Below, in pieces: positions 8,287 to 17,442 of a DNA stretch of 35,775 nt. The DNA is taken from the NCBI GenBank assembly GCA_003650585.1, contig QMQS01000001.1:1-35775 (forward strand). The letters are read 5' to 3'. The notes beneath the pieces were generated by a model that was not told the origin of the DNA, did no database searches, and saw only the letters and a list, made by a program, of their open reading frames with translations. Both the position numbers and the translations under genes were made by a program. This DNA is from Candidatus Woesearchaeota archaeon (GTDB lineage: Archaea > Nanobdellota > Nanobdellia > Woesearchaeales > B29-G15). Every line of letters starts with the position of its first letter. The stretch's first letter is position 1.

Positions 8287-10117
8287 AGCTATGCTTGGAT
8301 TTGTTGCATTGATTTTGGTAATTGTCAGTGTTTCTATAGTGAGTGCTGAAGCACAAACTTACAATGTTTTGCTTACCCGTGATTCAGGAGAGGTTGTTTA
8401 CCTTGAGGAGGAAATTCAAGAGAACTTTGGTGAGCCAGGGCGGACTATGTACACTTATCGCGACCCTGACAATAGTATGCCTGTGTTCAGCATTGTTGTA
8501 GAGCCAGACGGCAGGGTCTTCTATCCAGGTACTAATGCATACTATGACTCATTTGATGGGGCGATGGCTGCTGCAAAATTACATTTAGAAAGCTACTCCC
8601 ATATTCAACAGATTGGATATTACTCGGCAGCAACTTCTGATATCGATTCAACCCTGCAGGAGGAGCAAACTCAAGCTCCACAAGGGGTGGTTAGTCAGGG
8701 GGAAAGTGCTACCACTACTAATGAGGGGGCTACGGTGGATAATCCAGTTGATGCTTCTGCTGCTTCACAAGCAGATGCTAGCACTACAGCAGGATTAGTG
8801 TGTACTGATGGTTTCTGTTACTTTACTTCACCCCACACGCCCTCTGACCTCAACCTCCCTCACTCCGGAGTAACACTCGATACCGGGTTTACCTTCTCAG
8901 GCGATTTCCAAACAAGGTTTCATTCTGTGCAGTCAATGGAAGAGATACCTGAGGGTGCAGAACGGATTAGCAACACCAATTATTATATTATCGAGAGGCC
9001 TGGTGGGATAGTGGATTATTATATACTCAGTACCGATGAAGAAACAGACCAGTTTGAGCCAGCCCCGGCAGAGGAAATAAACCAGAATGCTGATGTAGAG
9101 CAAACTGGTGCTGCCTCTAACTTGCCTGAAACGATTGAAGCCCAAGGGGTTACATTTATACACACCGAGGGCTCACTCTACAAATATACCACACCCAATG
9201 GTGAGAGCGTGTATTATGATACTGCTGCACAGAAATACTTTAAGCAAGATGGAGAGACACTCACAGAGATATCTGAAGAGAGTGCTATGGCACTAATCAA
9301 TGCCCCTACTACTGTACCACAACCTTTACCAGCCCCCGCTGATCCCTCTCAACCCAATCTTAAGAAGGTGCTTGTGGCATTGAGCCAGGAGTATGCCCCT
9401 GCTGCCTCAGGGTGGCTCTGGCTTTACTCATTGGCAGACCAAAAAGCCGCTCAGGATTTGAGGATGGCCTTCAGTGGTGATATAGGATTGCCCCAAACAG
9501 CAGCAGACTTTTTGTGCCAAGCCACACGGGACATAAACCCCAACCAAAACACAATGTTGGGTTATGATTGGGGTAAGATGCCTACACTCCAGTTACAGGC
9601 GATTAGGAGTACACCTATTGTATATCCCTCAAATAACACTAATGGCTCTGTTTCCACTCAGGGGCTTGTTGTTGAACCCAACCAAACCACTGAGGGAAAG
9701 GTGCTCTATTACACAAAAATCACGCTGAGGTTTGAGAATATACTTAACCCAATTGTGGATGTCAAGGACAAAACTTACGAGGTGTATCTCGCTGGTTATT
9801 CCGAGAGTAAGAAATTTGTGATAGACCTTGATCCCACATCCGAGGCTACCTCTCTAAAACTCAACTTCGGGAGTTTGACAATGGCTGGTAGGGATGCCAT
9901 AATCGAGTACTGGCCTGTGCGACTAGACAAGGTGTGCATAGAGTTCAAAGACCCAGAGCATATACTCAACCCCAAGTTCCTACAAAAGCTGCGCCCAGCC
10001 AACATGTTCTGTACCAAGGTTGTGGAGGTTAAGGATAAGTGGCTCGTGTATCAGCTGATGGGGGCAACAGGGAGTGCTGGTCCGAGTGAAGAGCAGGGCA
10101 ATGTGCTCCAAAGATGA
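8273..10117 (+). CDS. Secreted protein with low-complexity linkers and C-terminal beta domain (B2)
   Basis: Likely start ATG 8273 (or 8291) inside the ORF-track call 8258; hydrophobic N-terminus MLGFVALILVIVSVSIVSA; Q/T/A/S-rich and PQPLPAPADP linkers; C-terminal motifs shared with 12797..16876. Confidence 0.8.
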   Translation: MVTNKAMLGFVALILVIVSVSIVSAEAQTYNVLLTRDSGEVVYLEEEIQENFGEPGRTMYTYRDPDNSMPVFSIVVEPDGRVFYPGTNAYYDSFDGAMAAAKLHLESYSHIQQIGYYSAATSDIDSTLQEEQTQAPQGVVSQGESATTTNEGATVDNPVDASAASQADASTTAGLVCTDGFCYFTSPHTPSDLNLPHSGVTLDTGFTFSGDFQTRFHSVQSMEEIPEGAERISNTNYYIIERPGGIVDYYILSTDEETDQFEPAPAEEINQNADVEQTGAASNLPETIEAQGVTFIHTEGSLYKYTTPNGESVYYDTAAQKYFKQDGETLTEISEESAMALINAPTTVPQPLPAPADPSQPNLKKVLVALSQEYAPAASGWLWLYSLADQKAAQDLRMAFSGDIGLPQTAADFLCQATRDINPNQNTMLGYDWGKMPTLQLQAIRSTPIVYPSNNTNGSVSTQGLVVEPNQTTEGKVLYYTKITLRFENILNPIVDVKDKTYEVYLAGYSESKKFVIDLDPTSEATSLKLNFGSLTMAGRDAIIEYWPVRLDKVCIEFKDPEHILNPKFLQKLRPANMFCTKVVEVKDKWLVYQLMGATGSAGPSEEQGNVLQR

Positions 10118-10932
10118 GTTCCAGAGCGTTCCAAGCTCGTGCATCCAGGTTTCTCATGCTGTTTGCGGTTGAGTGGTTTACCTATGTTTTGATTCTTGGT
10201 GTGTTGAGTTGGTTGGGAAAATCAGCCAGTGTTGTTCTAAATAACATTGCTGTAACCCTAAGGGCAAAAACCACTGAATCAGCGACATCACTTGTGCTTA
10301 GAGAGCTAGCATGGTATGCTATTGCTGGCTTTGTTGCAATGCTGGTTATCTGGGTTCTATCTAGGATAATGGTGTGGCTGATACTAACCAAAACAAGAGC
10401 CAGCTCAAAGGGGATAATCAGACTTTTTCTATTGGGATTGCCCTACACATGCTTTAACTGGCTTTTGCTTGCAGGGGTGTTGTATATTGGTTACAAGGTG
10501 CTGGCTTTAATCGTGTTCATTCAACCCCCTTGGCTCGGTTATATTCTCGCATACCTTGTTTTTCTGGTTTTTCTAGGACCCTTAATGTTTAATATCACTT
10601 GTCTCAATAATCTGGCATACTACAACTATTTTCAGGGCAACCCCAATTGGTTGTTGTTCTACACTGCTCCCTTCCGCTTACGCCCCTTCTTCTCAAAACA
10701 GAAAAATTCAAATACTAAAACTGAATTTTTAAACAAATTGAAGCAGTGGGAGTTTGCCACGCTTGTGGTTTCGACCATCTTTGTGGCACTCAATCTCCTG
10801 TTTCAAGCGTTCAATCACCTTCCCACCACTCTTGGGCTAATGCTCATGCTTTTGTTTTATGTTTTGTTTGTGGTCTGGAGTAAGGTGTACATGGTTTCGG
10901 TGTTGAAAGGATGGCAAAAAGGGGTGCACTAG
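10114..10932 (+). CDS. Polytopic membrane protein (about 6 TM) of unknown function
   Basis: About six long hydrophobic segments; ATGA overlap with the upstream gene and 22-nt overlap with the downstream gene. Confidence 0.8.
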   Translation: MSSRAFQARASRFLMLFAVEWFTYVLILGVLSWLGKSASVVLNNIAVTLRAKTTESATSLVLRELAWYAIAGFVAMLVIWVLSRIMVWLILTKTRASSKGIIRLFLLGLPYTCFNWLLLAGVLYIGYKVLALIVFIQPPWLGYILAYLVFLVFLGPLMFNITCLNNLAYYNYFQGNPNWLLFYTAPFRLRPFFSKQKNSNTKTEFLNKLKQWEFATLVVSTIFVALNLLFQAFNHLPTTLGLMLMLLFYVLFVVWSKVYMVSVLKGWQKGVH

Positions 10933-12800
10933 CTCAAGTGAGCATTTTTATGGTGATTGCACTAATCATACTAATTGGTATTGGTGTGCTCATCTTTTTG
11001 AAGACTCGTGGTATGCTTGAAATGGGTGGTTCTGAGATACCTAAGGAATTCTTGCCAGTGAGCAAATATGTGGATTCGTGCCTGAGGAGAGTGGGCTTGG
11101 ATGCAATCAAGTTGGTGGGTGTCCAGGGTGGTTATGCAAGGGTACCGGAGGAGATAGCCAACAACCCTGAGGCATACCTGCCTTTGATAGGCAACTTGAA
11201 GATTCCCTTTTGGTATTATAACAACAAGAACCATGTGCCAAGCAAGAGGGATATTGAGCAGAGTATTGCTGAGTATATTGCCACGGAAATTCCAAATTGC
11301 TTGGGCGGGTTCGCGCCCCTGAACCACACATTTATTATAAAGCCCAGTGGTTCACCGAGAGTGAATGTATTTATTAAGGAGGAAGAGGTTGAACTTTCTT
11401 TGGATTATCCCTTGGAAGTTGCTACCCATAGCTCATCAGCAGAGATTAGGAAATTCAAACAGAGCGTGGATGTTAGACTGGGTAGGATACTTAGGCTTGC
11501 CCACGAGATAATGAATGCAGAGAACAGAGAGGCATGGTTAGAGAAGAGAACAATCGACCTTATGGCGACCATGCCTGACCGCGTAATACCCTTCACAAAC
11601 CTTGCCTTCAGTTGCTTGCCACTTGAATGGAAAACATCTGATGTAGAATCAGAACTCAAACAAACTCTGAAATACAATATACCCAGAGTGCGAGTGAAGA
11701 AAACCAAACACCTACCGTTTGAAAAGCCACTCGAATACTACGAGGGCTTAGGCAAAGGGATGGGTGGTGAGATACCAGGTGACATGGCAGAGTATGCAAT
11801 GCTACTATGGGACCCACTGAGTGAGGAGTTCAATGACTTGAGGGTGGGTTTTGTGTATATGCCAGAATGGGGTATGGAGTTTAAGGTTAGCCCATCCTCT
11901 TCAGGGTTGATGAAATCATACCCTGTACAGGGTAGGAGTTTTAAGGGAATAAATCTTGTGGGAACCTGCATACAGTTCTACCATTTTACTTATGACTTAA
12001 CTTATCCAGTGCGAGTTACTATCTTTGATTCGGCTTCTCTTGGAAACAATGGCTATTCCTTTAACTTTGCTTTCCCTGTCATAGTGTATCACAATACTGG
12101 TAAGAGATGGTTTGAGCCGGTGCGAGATGTAAGCTTATACGAGGGTGAGGACTTCTGTTCTGACACCTCTAGTGACAAATTCAGTGTGTTTGTGCAAGAC
12201 GCAACCACATACGAGAAGCTCAAGAATGTGAGCATAGCATTCACCTGCATACGCTATGTGTGTCCTTTGGGTAAAACTGACGAGGAATATGGCAGACTGC
12301 TCACACAGTTACCAGAGGGTTGCTATGGTGGGTTCATTGTGGCAGAGAAGAAGGGCTATCTAAAGGCAAAAAAACAGGTTGAAGGTGAGCAAACAACCAC
12401 TATATACATGCTACCAATGAAAGAAATGAATGTGAGTGTGCTCAAGTACAACAATGCTACGGGTAGCTATTCAGAGCTATCTGGTGAGGAGAAGGCATCC
12501 CTCTACCTTGACCTTGAGTCAGGAGACCATCAGGCATATGTGCTGGTAACACCAGGTACGCAAAGGGAGGTAAGCATAGTTAACTCAAATGTGGAGTATA
12601 TGGTTAACCTCTACCTCTTTGATGGAGAGGCTTTGGTGGGTGGATACAAAGGGGAGTGGGCTATAGAGCCAGCCCAACTCTCAGGCAAATCTATATTGGA
12701 GTTTTATGCGTATTATTTCCCAAACAAGAATCAGAGTGGTGTAATAGCTGCAATAAGCAAATTGCAGAACTCAACCACACTTACACCGAGGGCAAGATGA
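10911..12800 (+). CDS. Large class III signal peptide (type IV pilin-like) surface protein, paralog A2
   Basis: MAKRGALA|QVSIFMVIALIILIGIGVLIFL; YVDSCL...QGGY, PFWYY, YDLTYPVRVTI and C..C.LGKTD...LP.GC.GG.I blocks match 2992..5130. Confidence 0.85.
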   Translation: MAKRGALAQVSIFMVIALIILIGIGVLIFLKTRGMLEMGGSEIPKEFLPVSKYVDSCLRRVGLDAIKLVGVQGGYARVPEEIANNPEAYLPLIGNLKIPFWYYNNKNHVPSKRDIEQSIAEYIATEIPNCLGGFAPLNHTFIIKPSGSPRVNVFIKEEEVELSLDYPLEVATHSSSAEIRKFKQSVDVRLGRILRLAHEIMNAENREAWLEKRTIDLMATMPDRVIPFTNLAFSCLPLEWKTSDVESELKQTLKYNIPRVRVKKTKHLPFEKPLEYYEGLGKGMGGEIPGDMAEYAMLLWDPLSEEFNDLRVGFVYMPEWGMEFKVSPSSSGLMKSYPVQGRSFKGINLVGTCIQFYHFTYDLTYPVRVTIFDSASLGNNGYSFNFAFPVIVYHNTGKRWFEPVRDVSLYEGEDFCSDTSSDKFSVFVQDATTYEKLKNVSIAFTCIRYVCPLGKTDEEYGRLLTQLPEGCYGGFIVAEKKGYLKAKKQVEGEQTTTIYMLPMKEMNVSVLKYNNATGSYSELSGEEKASLYLDLESGDHQAYVLVTPGTQREVSIVNSNVEYMVNLYLFDGEALVGGYKGEWAIEPAQLSGKSILEFYAYYFPNKNQSGVIAAISKLQNSTTLTPRAR

Positions 12801-15800
12801 TAAGAGCAAAACTCTTCATTGGCATACTACTAATCTTTGTGGTTATGGGCATAGTTGGTGCTACTGCACCACAGATAAGTGATGTGAGGGCAGAGCCACA
12901 CGTATCTTATGTGGGTATTCACTGGAGGACAGATGTGCCTGCAAACAGCAAAGTGGAGTATGGCATAGCAGGGCTTGATTTGAGCAAGTTCAAGCCGGAG
13001 TTTACAACTGTACACAACCTTTACTTAACCAATATCCAATCCAACAAGGAGTATCAGTTTAAGGTGACTTCGTGTAATAATGATGGGTGTACAAGTTCGG
13101 ATGTGGGGAGTTTTAGCATAGCAGTGGCAGACACCACACCACCTGCTTTAACACTTGAACCAGTTGAGGCAGTGGTTTACACCAGCCAAATCGAGCTTAG
13201 GGGTAGTGTTGATGAGCCGTGCAATATATACGCTATTGTTAATGGTAATAAAACCCAGAACATAACCTCTAGCGGGGATTTTACATTAACACTTGAGCTC
13301 AATCAGGGTGAGAATGAGGTTGTGGTGGTTGCTGAGGACCAGAGCGGTAACCCAGCCCAAAAGAGCTTTTCTGTGGTTGCTGATTTCGAACCCACAGAGG
13401 TTTTGGAAATAAACCTGGACGAGCTGGATATGAGCACCAGTGCCAAACAGACATTGGTGGGTATTGTTAGCAAACCAGATGTGGAGATTACAGTGGATGT
13501 TGAGGGGCGCGAGTTTACCACTGTTGCAGACAGTGAGGGGCATTTCAGTGTGGAGATAGAGTTGAATGGCGAGGTTATTGGCACTGGCAGATTGAACCAT
13601 ATCGTGGTTACTGCCAAGGATAAATACGGTAGGGTTGACATGCTGGTTGACGGCTCAATCACCTTTATCAAGTGCGGTAGTGGTTCTGGTTGGACAGCCA
13701 ATTTCTATGACTTAACCCCTACAGAGGTGTTGCCAGACCATCTACTGAACGGAGTTGCCCAATTCGGGTTCAGGATGGACTTTGATTATGTGGGTGGTGG
13801 TAGGAATGCTTACATGGAAATGCTGCCATCATTAACCATACAACCCATGAGTCAAGCGAAGGCAAAGCGTTCAGATGAGGAACTCTTCTCTGGGGCTGTT
13901 GTGGAGTGTAATGAGGCAAGAGACAAGTGTTACTTCCTTGTCACTCTGGCGCCTTGGAGCGGTTCAAGGCAGGAATTATTGAATAAGAGCATGGTGAGGT
14001 TGCCCCTGATGGTTAGGTTGCAGTATGCCCATGAGGTTAATGGGCAGATGGAGCACAGGGTGCAGGAAGAATGCTTGGACATAAACTTGTACCTTGACCG
14101 CCGGCTTATAGATGTTTACAAACCCAACAGGATGCTTAACAGCACTATATCCTTCCTCAATTCAACACTAAGCGCTCTTGAAAGCGTTAGAAAGCCGATT
14201 GAGACTGCGAAATCATTTGTAATTACTGGGTGCTTTGCCCAAACAGTCATTGATTTTGTAACAAGACTAGGCATGCTCACCAAGTGTATGAGTGGCAGGG
14301 CTGAGGCAGAGGAGGCATACACCAGAGGCGATAAAACCTGTCCAGATGATGCGAGTGAGGGTTGCCAGTCATGCTTGGATGCGCTCTGGAGTGTGAGAGC
14401 AAGCGAAGTTGCAAGGAACTGGTTGTGCGATAGACTCTTTTGTCCCAGTGCTCCTACGATTGAGAAGCACAAGCAAACCTTTAGGGACCCAGTAACAAAG
14501 AGGGAGAGCCTCTGCAAGCAGAGCGAGAGCAGCGAGGGGTGTGAACAGGAGTATAAATTCGCTTGGGACACAGCAGGGTTGTTTGTTGATGAATGGGCCA
14601 GGGCAACCAAAGATACCTCAAAGCTAACAGATTTGGATTGGATAATAATGCAGAGCAACCAGTTCTGCCCAGCAATAAAGGGCTTCCCTGCTCAGATTAT
14701 TAAGGTTGGAACCAAGGAATACTTTATTGATGAGGACAAGAGGGTGTGGGAGGTTAGGCAAACCAGGTTTGCCCAGAGCCAGGGTGAGGTAGTTACTGTG
14801 TACAATGAACAATACACCAAGATTAGGGGACCTCTGGAACCTGGTAAGGATATTATCCCACAGCAAATTCTTGAGCTTATTCAGGGAGAGCAAGAGGAGA
14901 ACTATGTGTTTGACCCCACAGCAGGACCGTACGAGGCACTGGTGGGTGGTTGCCTGCCTGCAATAACAGGCTATATATCCCACTGGGAGTCAATCACAGA
15001 GGCAGTTAAGAGGTGCCTCGAGATGGTTAGGCTCAATGGTGAGGGCACTCCAGGGGTATGTAAGGCAGTGCTGAGCTATTATGTTTGTGATGCCATATGG
15101 GACTCACTGAGGTGTCTCGGTGGAGGCTTGACCGCTGGCACTGAAACTGATAGACCACAATCAGGTATGATTCAGTCCCTTTCAAGGATATCACAGGCAG
15201 CGAGTGCAGTGACTGACTCAGTTACAGGAAGATACGGCGAGACAGCAATGTTTGATACAATGTTCAGACAGCGGAAGTTAATACACGGGGCTTGCATTGG
15301 CTTCTTTACAGGTGATATGACCGAGTTTGATCTTAATGCGATGTTCAGTGCTGAAATTGGCATGCCAGCTTTGAGAAGCGAGGGGCTTGTTAGCCCAGCC
15401 ACAAGGCGTTACCTCACCAGCAACCCGTTTAACCAGGGTTGGGCTACCTTTATGTATCATATTGGTTATGCGCTAAATGCAGGGAGTGATTTGAATTATG
15501 AGTTAAAGCTGGTGTGCTCAAACGACCTCAGTTGTCCAGACTCCAACAACGAAGCCAACCCTGGTGCTTGCGATTGTTACACAAGGGGAGAGCAACTCAC
15601 ACGCACAATCGCATCTGGCACGCTCTCAGCAGGGGATATGGCGAATGAGGAGAAGTATATCAAACTAACTGAGCCAGTTAGGTATGACAAGGTGGTGCTG
15701 GAGTGGACCTACACGGACAACACAGGTGAGCAGCGCACAGACCGGATAGTAAGGCCAATAAAGCTTGTGGGTGAGTCACCACCCTCACACTGTGGATTCT

Positions 15801-16876
15801 CAAATGTGTTTGGCGAATACAGGTGTGAGTTTGAGTTGGGAGAGGAGGGAGCTGCTTTCTTCATTGGCACGCCCATGCCATCCCCACCTGCAGGTAGGCC
15901 ACGCCCGGATGTTTTCAGGGTGGGTGACAAGCTCGTTATCACTGGGCAAATAGGTGTGCAAATGCCAGAACAGGGTAGCCCTGTGCCCAGGTTCCTAACT
16001 GTTTTGATGACATCACACAATGGTGAGTTAGTGGCAGACAATACTGTAATGCTTAGCACAACCGGGAGCTACTTGTTGGAGTCCTTCCCGCAACTTTTCC
16101 CCACCATAACTCAAGACAATTTCAGGGACTCGGCTGGTAACCTTGATTGTGATAGGTATGACCTCAATCATCCAGCAACTTGGGATGTTTATGTTGTGAT
16201 ATACAAAGCTGAGCAGAGCGAGAGTGGTGAATGGAAGAGGACAGACGAGGTTGAGTTGTACGAGGGCCAGCCCCAGTACTTCCGACTACCGGTTTATGTG
16301 GCTTGCTCTGAAGAAGAGATTGGTGCACCACAGTGCCCCAACGGAGCCATCTGGGCCTCGCCACAAGAGTGTTGGTGCATGAGCGAGGGTGAAAGGCGAA
16401 TATTTAGCCCCAGTTCCGCTGAAGCCCAGGGCAAGTACTGCTGTAATGGTGTGGTTGCCACTGCGCCATGCGACGAGGCAGCACCAAAGTTCAACAGGGT
16501 GATGATTAGAACATGGGAAGCCCCAGAGAACGAGCCAGGGATATTGAGCAAGTCTGTTGAGCTTAGCCAGCTGCAGGATGGTGCTGTGTTGCTAATGCCT
16601 TACAATAAAGTGGAGTTCCCAGAGATATCTATATCAGACGATAGTGAGATTGAGCTCGAGCTTGTGGTTGATGGAAGCACGAGGGTGGGTGTTGGCTCAG
16701 GAGAGCCACAGCAGATAACCAGCTTTGAGTGGGAGCCAGAGATGGGTGGTGATTCCATAAAAGAGGTTACAATTCAGTTTGAGGCAAGGGATGTAAACGG
16801 CTTGGTTACTAGGTACCCACAGACGCCAAAGAGGGTTGAGCTTAGAAAGACACTTCTGCAGCCTATATCCTCTTAG
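12797..16876 (+). CDS. Very large secreted protein: FN3-like and Ig-like domains, Cys-rich helical domain, further beta and Cys-rich domains (B')
   Basis: True start likely ATG 12797 (ATGA overlap with the upstream stop), giving signal peptide MIRAKLFIGILLIFVVMGIVGA; IHWRTDVPANSKVEYG...H...L...YQFKVTS is FN3-like; DTTPP...LNQGENEVVVVAEDQSGN is Ig-like; many Cys. Confidence 0.85.
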   Translation: MIRAKLFIGILLIFVVMGIVGATAPQISDVRAEPHVSYVGIHWRTDVPANSKVEYGIAGLDLSKFKPEFTTVHNLYLTNIQSNKEYQFKVTSCNNDGCTSSDVGSFSIAVADTTPPALTLEPVEAVVYTSQIELRGSVDEPCNIYAIVNGNKTQNITSSGDFTLTLELNQGENEVVVVAEDQSGNPAQKSFSVVADFEPTEVLEINLDELDMSTSAKQTLVGIVSKPDVEITVDVEGREFTTVADSEGHFSVEIELNGEVIGTGRLNHIVVTAKDKYGRVDMLVDGSITFIKCGSGSGWTANFYDLTPTEVLPDHLLNGVAQFGFRMDFDYVGGGRNAYMEMLPSLTIQPMSQAKAKRSDEELFSGAVVECNEARDKCYFLVTLAPWSGSRQELLNKSMVRLPLMVRLQYAHEVNGQMEHRVQEECLDINLYLDRRLIDVYKPNRMLNSTISFLNSTLSALESVRKPIETAKSFVITGCFAQTVIDFVTRLGMLTKCMSGRAEAEEAYTRGDKTCPDDASEGCQSCLDALWSVRASEVARNWLCDRLFCPSAPTIEKHKQTFRDPVTKRESLCKQSESSEGCEQEYKFAWDTAGLFVDEWARATKDTSKLTDLDWIIMQSNQFCPAIKGFPAQIIKVGTKEYFIDEDKRVWEVRQTRFAQSQGEVVTVYNEQYTKIRGPLEPGKDIIPQQILELIQGEQEENYVFDPTAGPYEALVGGCLPAITGYISHWESITEAVKRCLEMVRLNGEGTPGVCKAVLSYYVCDAIWDSLRCLGGGLTAGTETDRPQSGMIQSLSRISQAASAVTDSVTGRYGETAMFDTMFRQRKLIHGACIGFFTGDMTEFDLNAMFSAEIGMPALRSEGLVSPATRRYLTSNPFNQGWATFMYHIGYALNAGSDLNYELKLVCSNDLSCPDSNNEANPGACDCYTRGEQLTRTIASGTLSAGDMANEEKYIKLTEPVRYDKVVLEWTYTDNTGEQRTDRIVRPIKLVGESPPSHCGFSNVFGEYRCEFELGEEGAAFFIGTPMPSPPAGRPRPDVFRVGDKLVITGQIGVQMPEQGSPVPRFLTVLMTSHNGELVADNTVMLSTTGSYLLESFPQLFPTITQDNFRDSAGNLDCDRYDLNHPATWDVYVVIYKAEQSESGEWKRTDEVELYEGQPQYFRLPVYVACSEEEIGAPQCPNGAIWASPQECWCMSEGERRIFSPSSAEAQGKYCCNGVVATAPCDEAAPKFNRVMIRTWEAPENEPGILSKSVELSQLQDGAVLLMPYNKVEFPEISISDDSEIELELVVDGSTRVGVGSGEPQQITSFEWEPEMGGDSIKEVTIQFEARDVNGLVTRYPQTPKRVELRKTLLQPISS

Positions 16877-16926
16877 ATACTTTATCACAATAAAACTTTT
16901 TAAGCCCTAGTTACATTAATCTGGAC

Positions 16927-17442
16927 ATGGAAAAGCTCGAGAATCAGCCATGTCCGGTGTGTAAAAAAAACACGTGCACATTGACAGAGGAAGAGATGGA
17001 TGTGCCGTATTTTGGTAAGGTTTACATATTCTCAATGCAGTGCTCAAACTGCGGGTTCAAGAAGTCAGATGTTGAGGCAGCTGAGCGCCACAAACCGGTT
17101 AAATGGAGTTTCACTGTTGAAGGGGATGAAGACCTCAGTGTTAGGGTTGTCAAGTCCTCTGAGGCGAAGGTGAAGATTAGGGGCATTGTTGAGATAACAC
17201 CCGGACCTGATTCTGAGGGGTATGTGACCAATGTTGAGGGGCTTTTGAATAGGGTAAAGCACAGGATTGAGGCATCGATAGAGGATGAGGACGATCCTGA
17301 GGTTAAAAAGAGGGCTTGGAAGCATATTAAGAAGCTCAACAAGGTGCTTGTGGGTCGGGAGAAGTTGAGGATAACTATTGAAGACCCTAGCGGCAACTCA
17401 GCCATTATATCAGAGAAGGCAGAGAAGAGCAAACTCAAATAG
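16927..17442 (+). CDS. ZPR1-type zinc finger protein
   Basis: CPVC...VPYFG.V...CSNCGFK, RVVKSS, ITPGPDSEGYVTNVEGLL, IEDPSGNSAII; TTTTTAAG TATA about 25-30 nt upstream. Confidence 0.93.
   Translation: MEKLENQPCPVCKKNTCTLTEEEMDVPYFGKVYIFSMQCSNCGFKKSDVEAAERHKPVKWSFTVEGDEDLSVRVVKSSEAKVKIRGIVEITPGPDSEGYVTNVEGLLNRVKHRIEASIEDEDDPEVKKRAWKHIKKLNKVLVGREKLRITIEDPSGNSAIISEKAEKSKLK

Noticed and set aside
8273..8350. Possible class III site in B2 (NKA|MLGF)
   Set aside because: Ambiguous: the helix ends in a plausible signal peptidase I site (VSA-EA) and there is no similarity to the A1/A2 N-termini.
12656..12796. ORF-track N-terminal extension of the 1406-aa ORF
   Set aside because: It overlaps A2 by 145 nt; ATG 12797 gives an ATGA overlap and a clean signal peptide.
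14116..14658. 180-aa minus-strand ORF, and the many similar short antisense or off-frame ORFs in the track
   Set aside because: They lie wholly within well-supported genes and show no motifs or expression signals.
2992..16876. Provirus or mobile island interpretation of the large operon
   Set aside because: No integrase, att-like repeats, capsid, terminase or replication genes recognised; it is flanked directly by housekeeping genes with no obvious compositional break by eye.
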